Of a stretch of 32,000 nucleotides of DNA, positions 1 to 8,685 are shown in pieces. The position numbers and the translations under genes were made by a program. Under the pieces are notes generated by a model. The model had not been told where the DNA came from. It made no database searches and was given only the letters and a program-made list of their open reading frames with translations. This DNA comes from Aciduliprofundum boonei T469 (GTDB lineage Archaea; Thermoplasmatota; Thermoplasmata; Thermoplasmatales; Aciduliprofundaceae). The DNA lies in the NCBI RefSeq assembly GCF_000025665.1, contig NC_013926.1, positions 1,410,001-1,442,000 on the forward strand. Direction: 5' to 3'. Numbering within the stretch: position 1 is the first letter of the stretch; each line of letters opens with the position of its first letter.

Positions 1-1554
1 CTCAATGATCCACTCTTTATTCCAAGGAAATCTCGTGCCAAGGCCTCTCTTCCTCGCGCAGGGTCTTTTTTCCAGCCAGTCAATTATGCCATGCATTATT
101 CCCTTGTATTTTGTAGGATAGAAAAGCATATTATCCACAAGCTTATGTCCAAGCTCTTTCCACCAAGATGGTGTGTAATCTATAAACCACTGCTCTTGCA
201 AAACCGCAACTATAACCTTATGCCCATTTCTAGTAACAGCTTTACGGGATGTCTCATAGAAAACATCCGCTTTACCCAAACCTTTAAGCCAATTCTTCAC
301 CTCATCTTTTATCTCGTTTATTTTTATACCTGCAAACTGCTTACATCTCTCGTTCAAAACTCCTGAATAGAATTCGTCCTTGTAAATTATCTGAGTTGCC
401 TCTTCTAATCTTGAGTCATTCTGATCTTTTATTCTCATTCTCTCACAGATATCCTTAGCAGGGAGTATATAACCTTGAATATCAATTATTTTTATGGGCT
501 CGATCTCCACATCTTTTTTGCTCAATCCAAATCTCCCAAGATATCCTTCATTTTTCTGCAAATCCACAAGTGCCTGGTAATCGTAGGGTGCATGGGCAGG
601 CACAGAATAAACTACCCCTGTTGCATTATCTGGATCAACAAATTCTGCTGGTAAAACTGGAATTTTTCTTCCTCCCACAGGCTCTCTCACATACTTTCCT
701 ATAAATCTCTCACCTGTGAAGCATTCTTCAACTACAACATCCTCCTTTTGATATTTCAACTTCTCTGAAGCTTCCTTTGAAATATACCAAATCTCATCCC
801 CAACTTTAACTTTGCAATATGTGGAATTTGGATTTAACCACAGATTTGTTACACCGAATATGGTCTCAGGCCTCAAAGTAGCTGCAACTAAATAACCATC
901 CTCAAACTGAAATTTTATGGCTGTGAATTCCATTATAGATACTTTATTTGTATCACCATCCTCTATATCATCCTCACCTACAGGATTGCCATCCTCTATG
1001 CTATATGTTATCGGGTATTTTCCCTTTTTTATTACTCCCTTATCGTACAATTTCTTGAACTGCCATTCTACAAATTTATTGTAAATTGGCTCTGCAGTAT
1101 GAAATTTTCTGCGCCAGTCAATGCTATAGCCCATCCCGATAAAATCCTGCTGGGTCTTTTCTGCGAAATACCTTGCTATATTCTCTGGCTCCACAAAAGA
1201 ACTTACAATTTCTTCCACTCTATCCTCATCATCCTCGTAGATTCGCACATATTCCTTGTATAGATTTATGACTTTTTCATCCCCCGCTTTTATGGCATCT
1301 GCTATTGCAAGAACAGGAGTGCCGGTGACATGAAAAGCCATGGGAAATAAGACATTGTAGCCTTGCAATCTCTTAAAACGGGCTATTATATCACCCATTG
1401 TGAATGTTCTACCATGCCCAATGTGCAAAGAGCCAGACATGTAAGGATAGGGCACGGTTATGAAAAATTTCTTCTTATTCTCAACTTTCGGCTCAAAGAT
1501 CTTGTCATTCTGCCATTTTCTCTGCCATTTACGCTCTATAGCTGCAAAATCCAT
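1..1554 (-). CDS. leuS: leucyl-tRNA synthetase, N-terminal 518 codons (gene continues past the window start)
   Basis: Absent from the ORF track because it is open to the window edge. My reverse-strand translation from ATG 1554..1552 reads MDFAAIERKWQRKWQNDKIFEPKVENKKKFFITVPYPYMSGSLHIGHGRTFTMGDIIA (class I HIGH motif). At the window edge it reads ...CARKRGLGTRFPWNKEWIIE. Both are typical archaeal LeuRS blocks. A TATA-like ATATTTATTTAAG (minus sense, 1572-1584) lies ~24 nt upstream of the ATG. The + strand ORFs 91..366 and 1363..1563 are antisense artefacts. Confidence 0.88.
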   Translation of the reverse strand, partial: MDFAAIERKWQRKWQNDKIFEPKVENKKKFFITVPYPYMSGSLHIGHGRTFTMGDIIARFKRLQGYNVLFPMAFHVTGTPVLAIADAIKAGDEKVINLYKEYVRIYEDDEDRVEEIVSSFVEPENIARYFAEKTQQDFIGMGYSIDWRRKFHTAEPIYNKFVEWQFKKLYDKGVIKKGKYPITYSIEDGNPVGEDDIEDGDTNKVSIMEFTAIKFQFEDGYLVAATLRPETIFGVTNLWLNPNSTYCKVKVGDEIWYISKEASEKLKYQKEDVVVEECFTGERFIGKYVREPVGGRKIPVLPAEFVDPDNATGVVYSVPAHAPYDYQALVDLQKNEGYLGRFGLSKKDVEIEPIKIIDIQGYILPAKDICERMRIKDQNDSRLEEATQIIYKDEFYSGVLNERCKQFAGIKINEIKDEVKNWLKGLGKADVFYETSRKAVTRNGHKVIVAVLQEQWFIDYTPSWWKELGHKLVDNMLFYPTKYKGIMHGIIDWLEKRPCARKRGLGTRFPWNKEWIIE

Positions 1555-1609
1555 AGGGCTTAATGTGAATTCTTAAATAAATATTTGCGTTTTCAAAAAA
1601 GTAGAAAAA

Positions 1610-3979
1610 TTAGGAGGGCTGTGCCTCTTCTTTCTTTTTAGGTCTAAGTTTACTTCCATAGAGCCAGAGAATTACCACTATTGCAAGCAATGCGCCTATA
1701 ACAAAGTAGTTCAATGTTACACCTGCTAGTCCAAGTACAATTAGGGCAATTCTAATCTCCCATCTTATCTTACCCTTGAACCATCCTATCAAGCCAATTG
1801 CCATAGAATACATTACCAGGATTGTCGCTAGAAGAGAATAAGTTACAGAGAGAACTGCAGTAACAGTCCATGGGCTTACAGTTATCAAGAACATCTCTGG
1901 ATGCATAAAGTAGATAAATGGTCCTATATACCCTGCTAGAGCGTATTTAACTGCATTTTTTGAAGTTTTCCAGAAATCACTACCCGCAAGAGTCGAGCCT
2001 GCATAGGATGCCAAAGCAACAGGTGGGGTCACGTCGGCTAGAATACCAAAGTAGAATACGAAGAAGTGCGCCGCTAAAAGTGCAATTGGGGTTGTGAATC
2101 CCGGAACCATCATATTGTATGGATGAACATTACTGACAACTTGGAAAATTGCCGGTGCGGCTACAAGAGATGTAATGATATAATTCGCAGTTGTTGGTAC
2201 TCCCATACCCAGTATTAAGCTGAATATCATGGCAAGTATTAGAAGCAAGAAGAGATTACCTCCTGTCAAACCAATGAGAGTGTATCCGATGGAAGTAATT
2301 AACCCAGTCATCGTTAAAACTCCCTGTATTAAACCAGCACTTGCAGCTGCAAGCATCACAGTTGTGCTTGTTTTTCCAGCATCAATCATGGATTCATAAG
2401 TGGCAGAATACATTTTTCTACCTTCAGGGCTTTTTGAAATGTATCCCACTATAAGAGAGAACACTATTCCAAATACACCACTCATAAGAAGCAATTGCTC
2501 ATTTGTCATGCCCACATATTTTACAGCTGCAACTAAGAGCACAAAGGATAATGTAATGTAAAGCTTCTCGTTCATCTTTATAAGATAGGACTTAAATGCC
2601 ATAGCTATTAGAATTGCCGAGATTATTAAAAGCACATATGCAGTTAAATGTGCATAAGCCATAGGAGCAAACATTAGCAATGTTGTTAAAAGAACTACTC
2701 CCACATACAAGAACTCGTTTCCTTCAATTTCATCCTTAGATACCCATGCAACCCATATTGCTACTCCTAATGACGATATGGCAGAGATGTGTGGTGGTAT
2801 GCCCCACACCAACGCTACTGTGATGACCAGAATCGGTAACAGAATATACGATTTCCTGATGAAATATTTCAGATTTTCAAAACTTATATTGCTCAGTCCT
2901 TTAAGTCCAAGCCTCTTTGTTTCCAAATCAATGAATATGTACACACCTGCATAGTACACAAGAGCTGGAATAACTGCAGCAATTATGATGAGATTATATG
3001 GCAATCCCAAGAACTCTGCCATGATGAAAGCTGCCGCACCCATTATGGGAGGCATAAGCTGACCTCCTGTGGAAGATACGGGCTCAACTGCACCAGCAAT
3101 CTCTTTGGGATATCCTGCCTTTTTCATCAAGGGTATGGTGAAGGTACCAGTTGTAAGAACATTGGCAACACTTGAGCCACTCACTGTACCCATCAAAGCA
3201 CTGGATATAACAGCAGATTTTGCAGGACCGCCAGGTCTCTTTCCAAAAATTGTTATCATGAACTCGGTGATGTAATCACTTACCCCAATTTTGAGCAAGA
3301 ACGCTCCAAAGAATATGAACGCAAATACATAGATCGTCATAACGAAGAATGGTATGCCGAATATGCCCTCATCAAAGTACAGTTGTTGCACGAACCTTAT
3401 CAAGTTGAAATTTATGAGATAAAAACCATATGCAAGGAAAAATAGAACGACCACAGGAAGTACCCAGCCCATAGTTCTCCTAGTTGCTTCAAGAACCAAA
3501 GCTATTGCAAGTAATCCAAACACAACATCAATCATATAAACATCTGCAAATTCCGCGTATCTTGGGTATACGAAGAACAAATAGAATGTAGCAGCTAGAG
3601 ATAAAATCGCAAGTATGTAATCGTATATGGGCACTTTGTTGAAGTTCTTGGATTTCTTTCTTACAGGGTATAGCAAGAAGGTTATGAGCAGTATCATAGC
3701 AAGAATGAAGGCCTCACTCTGCTTTGTTTGAAAAGTTACCTTCAGGAAGCTAATTTCAATTCCCATCTTGGCAAAGAAGTCATAGAGTGTATAGTTGAAA
3801 TTGAAGATAAACAGTATTTCGTAGGTACCTATGAGTATGGCTGCAACCTTAATTATCAACTCCAGTATGGGTCTAAGTGTTCTTGTTCTTTCTATAACAA
3901 CTTCTGCTTTTTTCTCTTCTTCATGCGCTTCTTCCTCTATTTCTTCTATTCCTTCAATTTCTTCGACGGATTCATCCAT
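1610..3979 (-). CDS. TRAP transporter fused permease (TAXI-type, small+large membrane domains in one chain)
   Basis: 789-aa very hydrophobic polytopic ORF with an acidic N-terminus. Blocks such as GGQLMPPIMGAAAFIMAEF and GMGVPTTANYIITS fit DctM-like TRAP permeases. It is last in a same-strand run TAXI receptor -> DUF1850 -> permease with 6-14 nt gaps. Confidence 0.8.
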   Translation of the reverse strand: MDESVEEIEGIEEIEEEAHEEEKKAEVVIERTRTLRPILELIIKVAAILIGTYEILFIFNFNYTLYDFFAKMGIEISFLKVTFQTKQSEAFILAMILLITFLLYPVRKKSKNFNKVPIYDYILAILSLAATFYLFFVYPRYAEFADVYMIDVVFGLLAIALVLEATRRTMGWVLPVVVLFFLAYGFYLINFNLIRFVQQLYFDEGIFGIPFFVMTIYVFAFIFFGAFLLKIGVSDYITEFMITIFGKRPGGPAKSAVISSALMGTVSGSSVANVLTTGTFTIPLMKKAGYPKEIAGAVEPVSSTGGQLMPPIMGAAAFIMAEFLGLPYNLIIIAAVIPALVYYAGVYIFIDLETKRLGLKGLSNISFENLKYFIRKSYILLPILVITVALVWGIPPHISAISSLGVAIWVAWVSKDEIEGNEFLYVGVVLLTTLLMFAPMAYAHLTAYVLLIISAILIAMAFKSYLIKMNEKLYITLSFVLLVAAVKYVGMTNEQLLLMSGVFGIVFSLIVGYISKSPEGRKMYSATYESMIDAGKTSTTVMLAAASAGLIQGVLTMTGLITSIGYTLIGLTGGNLFLLLILAMIFSLILGMGVPTTANYIITSLVAAPAIFQVVSNVHPYNMMVPGFTTPIALLAAHFFVFYFGILADVTPPVALASYAGSTLAGSDFWKTSKNAVKYALAGYIGPFIYFMHPEMFLITVSPWTVTAVLSVTYSLLATILVMYSMAIGLIGWFKGKIRWEIRIALIVLGLAGVTLNYFVIGALLAIVVILWLYGSKLRPKKKEEAQPS

Positions 3980-3993
3980 TTTTCATACCTCCA

Positions 3994-4446
3994 TTAAAGG
4001 GTAGATACAATCATGGTTTTTTCCACGGTGAAATTTACTAAAGTAGGGGTATGCGGAGTGAATACGAGAACTCCATTTACCCATATATGAGCCTGATTTA
4101 TAGGTATAAACCAGAAACTCAAGTTCATTCCTAAATAGATGTCTATATTTTTCACATAAAATCCATCAGCATCTATGTACTGAATGTCCTCAGGCAAACC
4201 TGCACCAAAATCTTTCCATCTCATCTGTATAGCATAAATTCCGGTGCTGTTTACCCATAAAACCTCATAAATTGGGCTCCTCTCTACACTGTGAATATAA
4301 TAAATGGTGATGTTAAAGCCATCACCTATCCTGAAAGTGTGGGAGGTGTGTCCATCGTCAACTACTAAAGCATCAGTTGGATAAAATGAAATTGATAAAG
4401 CAAGAATAGGAATCAAAATAATAAAAAAATAAAAAAGTTTTTTCAA
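3994..4446 (-). CDS. DUF1850-like small protein of TAXI-TRAP operons (N-terminal signal/anchor)
   Basis: 150 aa with an N-terminal hydrophobic segment. The core ...YYIHSVERSPIYEVLWVNSTGIYAIQMRWKDFGAGLPED... resembles the HSVEK..P..E / GAGLP pattern I associate with DUF1850. Its position between TAXI receptor and fused permease is the usual DUF1850 context. The family call is from memory. Confidence 0.6.
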   Translation of the reverse strand: MKKLFYFFIILIPILALSISFYPTDALVVDDGHTSHTFRIGDGFNITIYYIHSVERSPIYEVLWVNSTGIYAIQMRWKDFGAGLPEDIQYIDADGFYVKNIDIYLGMNLSFWFIPINQAHIWVNGVLVFTPHTPTLVNFTVEKTMIVSTL

Positions 4447-4452
4447 GGTTAA

Positions 4453-6408
4453 TCACCCTATTACCTGTCTGAAAGACTGTGGCACGGCGATCAAACCTTG
4501 TGTTGAATAATCCATAGGTGGAACAATCACTCCAAGAGAGCTCGGCACAATTATACCATTATGCTCGTAATAGTCCTTAGCTCCCTTGTGGAGTGGTATA
4601 CTCATTCCCTCAAGAGCTGTCTCCAAACTTATGTACTTAGCCTTCTCGTGCACCGCTCTAAGTTCGTTCACATGGGCATATAAAACTCTGACCATGTCAT
4701 AGACAACATAATCTGGCAAGCTGGCACTCACAACAAGCATAGCTTTAACTGCAACCGTAGGTGTATCCTGATTCATTCCATTATAGGTGCCCTTGGACAG
4801 ATTCTGTCTAACATAGAATATGTATCCTTCGGTATGAAGTTTGTTCAACACATCATCAGGCACTGGCAGAACTCTAACAGGTGTCTGCACAGCTATCTGA
4901 TTCACGGCCGGTGTGGGTGCTCCAGACACTATAACTGCTGCATCTACCTGACCAAGCTTCAAACTCTGCGCTGCTTCGCTGAACTTCATATTTACCTTCT
5001 GTATGCTATCCCAAACACCTACAGCCTTCAATATCTGCTCAGCTGCTACCGCTGTTCCGCTTCCTGTTGCGCCTATCGCCACTTTCTTACCCTGCAAATC
5101 GTTCAAGGTGTGTATCCCGCTATTTGCCAATACAACAAATTGCACAGTCTCTGGATACAATGCTGCTACTCCACGAATGTTGCTTACTGGATGGTCTTTG
5201 AACATATACAGACCTTTGTAGGCATAATAAGCCACATCGTTCTGTATCAAAGCTGCTTGGGCGTTTCCATCTCCGATAGCTTTAGCGTTAGAAACGCTAG
5301 CCCCGCTTGTAACTGCTTTTGCTGTCACGGTAGTGCTGTACTTATTCAAGAGTTCTGCATACTTCGAACCAAGTGGGAAATAAACTCCGCTTGTTCCTCC
5401 AGTATAGATAGTTATGGACATCCTTGACTCGCTGTAATATTTCTTAGCTCCTGGATGAAGAGGTATGCTCATACCATCAAGAGCTGTTGCCTTGCTTATG
5501 TATTTTGCTTTCTCGTGCACAGATCTAAGCTCATTCACATGATCAAATAGAATCTTTGTCATCTCATAGACTATATTATCAGGAAGCTTTGAACTAACAA
5601 CAAGCATAGCTTTAACTGCAACCGTAGGTGTATCCTGATTCATTCCATTATAGGTGCTCTTTGGTAGATTCTGTCTCACATAGAATATGTATCCTTCGGT
5701 ATGAAGCTTGTTCAACACATCATCAGGCACAGGTAGAACTCTAACAGGTGTCTGCACAGCTATCTGATTCACGGCCGGTGTGGGTGCTCCAGACACTATA
5801 ACTGCTGCATCTACCTGACCAAGCTTCAAACTCTGCGCCGCTTCGCTGAACTTCTGATTTACCTTCTGTATGCTATCCCAAACGCCTACAGCCCTCAATA
5901 TCTGCTCAGCTGCCACTGCAGTTCCGCTTCCTGTTGCGCCTATCGCCACTTTCTTACCCTGCAAATCGTTCAAGGTGTGTATTCCGCTATTTGCCAATAC
6001 AACAAACTGCACGGTCTCTGGATACAATGCTGCTACTCCACGAATATCCTTCACAGGATTATTCTGAAACATATACTTTCCATTGTAGGCATAATAAGCC
6101 ACATCGTTCTGTATCAAAGCTGCTTGGGCGTTTCCATCTCCGATAGCTTTAGCGTTAGAAACGCTAGCCCCACTTGTAACTGCTTTTGCATCTATATCAT
6201 TCGAATATTTATTCAACAATTCCGCATATTTAGATCCTAGTGGGAAATAAACCCCGCTTGTTCCCCCTGTATAAATGGTGATGGATACTTTCTCCCCACC
6301 ACCTCCTCCATTGTTCGGGTTTTGCTGTAGAGCATACCATGCCCCCGCTCCTATCAGAATGGCAATTACAACAATCACCACTCCTATTATCAATCCCTTA
6401 TTATTCAT
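4453..6408 (-). CDS. membrane-anchored tandem double TAXI-family TRAP solute receptor
   Basis: 651 aa: N-terminal TM (LIIGVVIVVIAILIGAGAWYAL), NNGGGGG linker, then two complete 289-aa TAXI-like modules. Each starts SITIYTGGTSGVYFPLGSKYAELLNKYS and contains GATGSGTAVAAEQIL. A 33-aa tail follows. Confidence 0.85.
   Translation of the reverse strand: MNNKGLIIGVVIVVIAILIGAGAWYALQQNPNNGGGGGEKVSITIYTGGTSGVYFPLGSKYAELLNKYSNDIDAKAVTSGASVSNAKAIGDGNAQAALIQNDVAYYAYNGKYMFQNNPVKDIRGVAALYPETVQFVVLANSGIHTLNDLQGKKVAIGATGSGTAVAAEQILRAVGVWDSIQKVNQKFSEAAQSLKLGQVDAAVIVSGAPTPAVNQIAVQTPVRVLPVPDDVLNKLHTEGYIFYVRQNLPKSTYNGMNQDTPTVAVKAMLVVSSKLPDNIVYEMTKILFDHVNELRSVHEKAKYISKATALDGMSIPLHPGAKKYYSESRMSITIYTGGTSGVYFPLGSKYAELLNKYSTTVTAKAVTSGASVSNAKAIGDGNAQAALIQNDVAYYAYKGLYMFKDHPVSNIRGVAALYPETVQFVVLANSGIHTLNDLQGKKVAIGATGSGTAVAAEQILKAVGVWDSIQKVNMKFSEAAQSLKLGQVDAAVIVSGAPTPAVNQIAVQTPVRVLPVPDDVLNKLHTEGYIFYVRQNLSKGTYNGMNQDTPTVAVKAMLVVSASLPDYVVYDMVRVLYAHVNELRAVHEKAKYISLETALEGMSIPLHKGAKDYYEHNGIIVPSSLGVIVPPMDYSTQGLIAVPQSFRQVIG
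4555..6288 (-). repeat. intragenic tandem duplication, 2 x 867 nt (copy 2 = 4555..5421, copy 1 = 5422..6288)
   Basis: The period is fixed by the spurious antisense ORFs 5003.. and 5870.., which give near-identical peptides 867 nt apart. Comparing the two DNA copies shows a ~100-nt identical run (4868..4971 vs 5735..5838). My hand alignment of the two protein modules gives 36 differences in 289 positions with no indels. Confidence 0.9.
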
Positions 6409-6664
6409 CGACTTCCCCTCTCAAAGTTGTAAGATATGGGTTTATAAAAACTTTTCGGAACATAATTGTGCAATATATTAAAGAACACTGAAAAATAAAC
6501 GCTCCAATTTCAAAATTAGTAGGAAATTATTATTAGATTCAGGGTATATAGCAACTCTACAGAAAAATAAAATAGTGAGAACGGAGATAGAAGCTGTTTT
6601 TAGGGAGCACAAGTAACTTGCAAAAGATTAATATGATCAATGCATATTAATTACCCTGAGTAAG

Positions 6665-7813
6665 GTGATATTGACGATAAATCATCATGGAGTGTGGATA
6701 ATACTAGTACTGCTCTTGGTGGTTGATATTAGCATGTTTGGAGTTTATTCATCTCATTCCGTTTTCTCAAATGCTCGGATTGAGAGTCTAAATGGCACAG
6801 AGCCGATAAATGCTACAGAATACCAGAAATTGATGGGGATAGGAATAAATGTTGACTGGATGACCTTTAAGAAGGTGAACACGCAATATTTCCAATGGCG
6901 TGAACAAGGAGTCCATGTACCCTCTTATTTTAAGGAGAGAGGTTTCTCTAATGTTCGCATAAGAGTTAATCAAGACCTCACCACCAATCAGACTGCTATG
7001 GAGCAACTTACAGATATTGTGAATGATTGTTTAGATGCAGGATTGTATCCCATCATAACCAATGTTGCAGATGATTTGAGAGATTACCCTACAAATATCA
7101 GCGTGCAACAACACTTTGTGAAATGGTGGGAAACAGTGATAGATCATTTCAAAGGATATTCTTATAATCTCTCCTACGATTTACTGATAGAATCAAGTCA
7201 TGAGATTAAGAATTACCCAGATGTGCTTAACAAGGTCTACTATGAAATCATTCATTATCTCCGCCAAGAGGACCCATATAGAATAGTATTTGTGACCCCA
7301 GCCGGAGGATCCAAGCCTGACTATCTCCAAGATCTAAATGTTACCAACAATGGTTATATTCTGGCAGAGTGGCACATATATGCAGGGGGTCCCTCTGAAT
7401 CTGGTACGGATTGTGTATATAGTAAATCTTATATTAATCAAACACTCTCGACCGCATTGAGCTGGACAAAAGAGACGGGGATACCCACATGGCAAGGTGC
7501 ATGGCGGTCAAATTGCTACCCTAACGGAGGCACAGATGCAGAATGTAATATGTCCCTCGAGATCAATTTCACAAAAGCAATGGTCTCCGCATATGCTGGC
7601 GCTAATCTCCCCTACGATGTTAACGCAGATACAAAATTTTTTGATATATCAAACTTGACCTGGTACAAATTGCAAGAAGAAGCACTGGACATTATACTAC
7701 AGCAAAACGGTGCCGTGCCCGAGTTCAGTATGGATTCACCATGGGTAATCCTCGTCATCATAATTTTAATCATTGCAGTTGTATATCCTAGATCTAAAAA
7801 CTCTAATTTTTAA
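6665..7813 (+). CDS. secreted/anchored glycoside hydrolase family 5-like (cellulase-type TIM barrel) protein with C-terminal TM anchor
   Basis: 382 aa with an N-terminal signal/anchor (VWIILVLLLVV). GH5-like landmarks appear in order: GINVDW, FSNVRIRV, YDLLIESSHE (position of the NEP acid/base block) and LAEWHIYAG (H-x-Y block). There are many N-x-S/T sequons. The C-terminus reads PEFSMDSPWVILVIIILIIAVVYPRSKNSNF. The CDS is solid; the family call is by eye only. Confidence 0.55.
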   Translation: MILTINHHGVWIILVLLLVVDISMFGVYSSHSVFSNARIESLNGTEPINATEYQKLMGIGINVDWMTFKKVNTQYFQWREQGVHVPSYFKERGFSNVRIRVNQDLTTNQTAMEQLTDIVNDCLDAGLYPIITNVADDLRDYPTNISVQQHFVKWWETVIDHFKGYSYNLSYDLLIESSHEIKNYPDVLNKVYYEIIHYLRQEDPYRIVFVTPAGGSKPDYLQDLNVTNNGYILAEWHIYAGGPSESGTDCVYSKSYINQTLSTALSWTKETGIPTWQGAWRSNCYPNGGTDAECNMSLEINFTKAMVSAYAGANLPYDVNADTKFFDISNLTWYKLQEEALDIILQQNGAVPEFSMDSPWVILVIIILIIAVVYPRSKNSNF

Positions 7814-7855
7814 ATCCACATCTAAAGGAATTCACTCGCATATCATTAAGAAAAA

Positions 7856-7863
7856 TTTATAAA
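7856..7863 (+). promoter_or_regulatory. TATA box (TTTATAAA, preceded by purine-rich GAAAAA) for the rpl18e operon
   Basis: Sequence gaaaaaTTTATAAAggg lies ~30 nt upstream of the first ATG (7892) of the r-protein operon. This is the archaeal BRE/TATA arrangement. Confidence 0.4.
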
Positions 7864-7909
7864 GGGTATGGGCATGGCGACTTAAATTGCAATGTCGGAG
7901 GAGTCAGAT

Positions 7910-8263
7910 ATGGCGAAAAACAATCCTGAACTGATAAAGCTCCTCACGGAGCTAAGGATACAAGCGAAAAAGAAGAACGCGCCTATCTGGCGAGACATTG
8001 CAGAGCGTCTTGAGAGACCTTTGCGTGTCTGGCCAGAGGTAAATGTAAGCAGGATAGAGAGATATGCAAATGAAGGAGATGTGATTCTTGTGCCAGGCAA
8101 AGTTCTTGGCTCTGGTGTTTTAACAAAGAGGGTCACAGTAGCTGCTTGGAAATTCTCTAATAGCGCTAAGGAAAAAATTGAGAAGGCGGGTGGAAAGACC
8201 ATGACAATAAAGGAGCTTATGAGAAAGAATCCTAAAGGCTCCAATGTGAGAATAATGGGGTGA
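7910..8263 (+). CDS. rpl18e: 50S ribosomal protein L18e
   Basis: ...NPELIKLLTELRIQAKKKNAPIWRDIAERLERP...EVNVSRIERYANEGDVILVPGKVLGSG...VTVAAWKFS is an L18e sequence. The ORF track starts at ATG 7892. I prefer ATG 7910 because GGAGGAG (7897-7903) sits 6 nt upstream of it. Either start is possible. Confidence 0.9.
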   Translation: MAKNNPELIKLLTELRIQAKKKNAPIWRDIAERLERPLRVWPEVNVSRIERYANEGDVILVPGKVLGSGVLTKRVTVAAWKFSNSAKEKIEKAGGKTMTIKELMRKNPKGSNVRIMG

Positions 8264-8267
8264 TAGC

Positions 8268-8684
8268 ATGGCTATAATTGATGCTGATAATGCGGTTCTT
8301 GGAAGGCTCGCAAGCATAGTAGCAAAGCGTCTGCTCAATGGAGAGGAGATAACAATAGTAAATGCAGAGAAGGCAGTGATAGTCGGAAATAAATACTCAA
8401 TAATTGAAAGATATCAAGAGAGAAGAAATATAGGAAGTGTGCGTAAAGGTCCATATTATCCCACTATGCCCGATAGGATACTTCGCAGAACGATAAGAGG
8501 TATGCTGCCCATGAAAAAGTCCCATGGGAAGAAAGCGTATAATAGATTGAAGGTGTATATGGGCATACCCAAGGAGTATCAAGGCAAAAAATTTGAAATT
8601 GTAGAAGATGCAAAGAATAATAAACTTGAAGGCTTTATTACTCTTAAGGATTTATCGATACAGTTGGGTGCTAAATTGAGGTGA
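8268..8684 (+). CDS. rpl13: 50S ribosomal protein L13
   Basis: MAIIDADNAVLGRLASIVAKRLLNGEEITIVNAEKAVIVGNK...RGMLP is a canonical L13 N-terminus. GGTGAT precedes the ATG. Confidence 0.93.
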   Translation: MAIIDADNAVLGRLASIVAKRLLNGEEITIVNAEKAVIVGNKYSIIERYQERRNIGSVRKGPYYPTMPDRILRRTIRGMLPMKKSHGKKAYNRLKVYMGIPKEYQGKKFEIVEDAKNNKLEGFITLKDLSIQLGAKLR

Positions 8685-8685
8685 T

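Noticed and set aside
2256-2268. 13-nt match (TTACCTCCTGTCA) to the motif, inside the TRAP permease CDS
   Set aside because: It encodes ...LTGGNL... in frame, lacks the hairpin arms, and is most simply a chance partial match.
4834-6240. Antisense + strand ORFs inside the TAXI gene, including two with near-identical peptides (5003..5221 and 5870..6067)
   Set aside because: Their similarity is simply a by-product of the 867-nt tandem duplication on the coding (minus) strand. There are no start-site signals and the composition is low-complexity Cys/Ser-rich.
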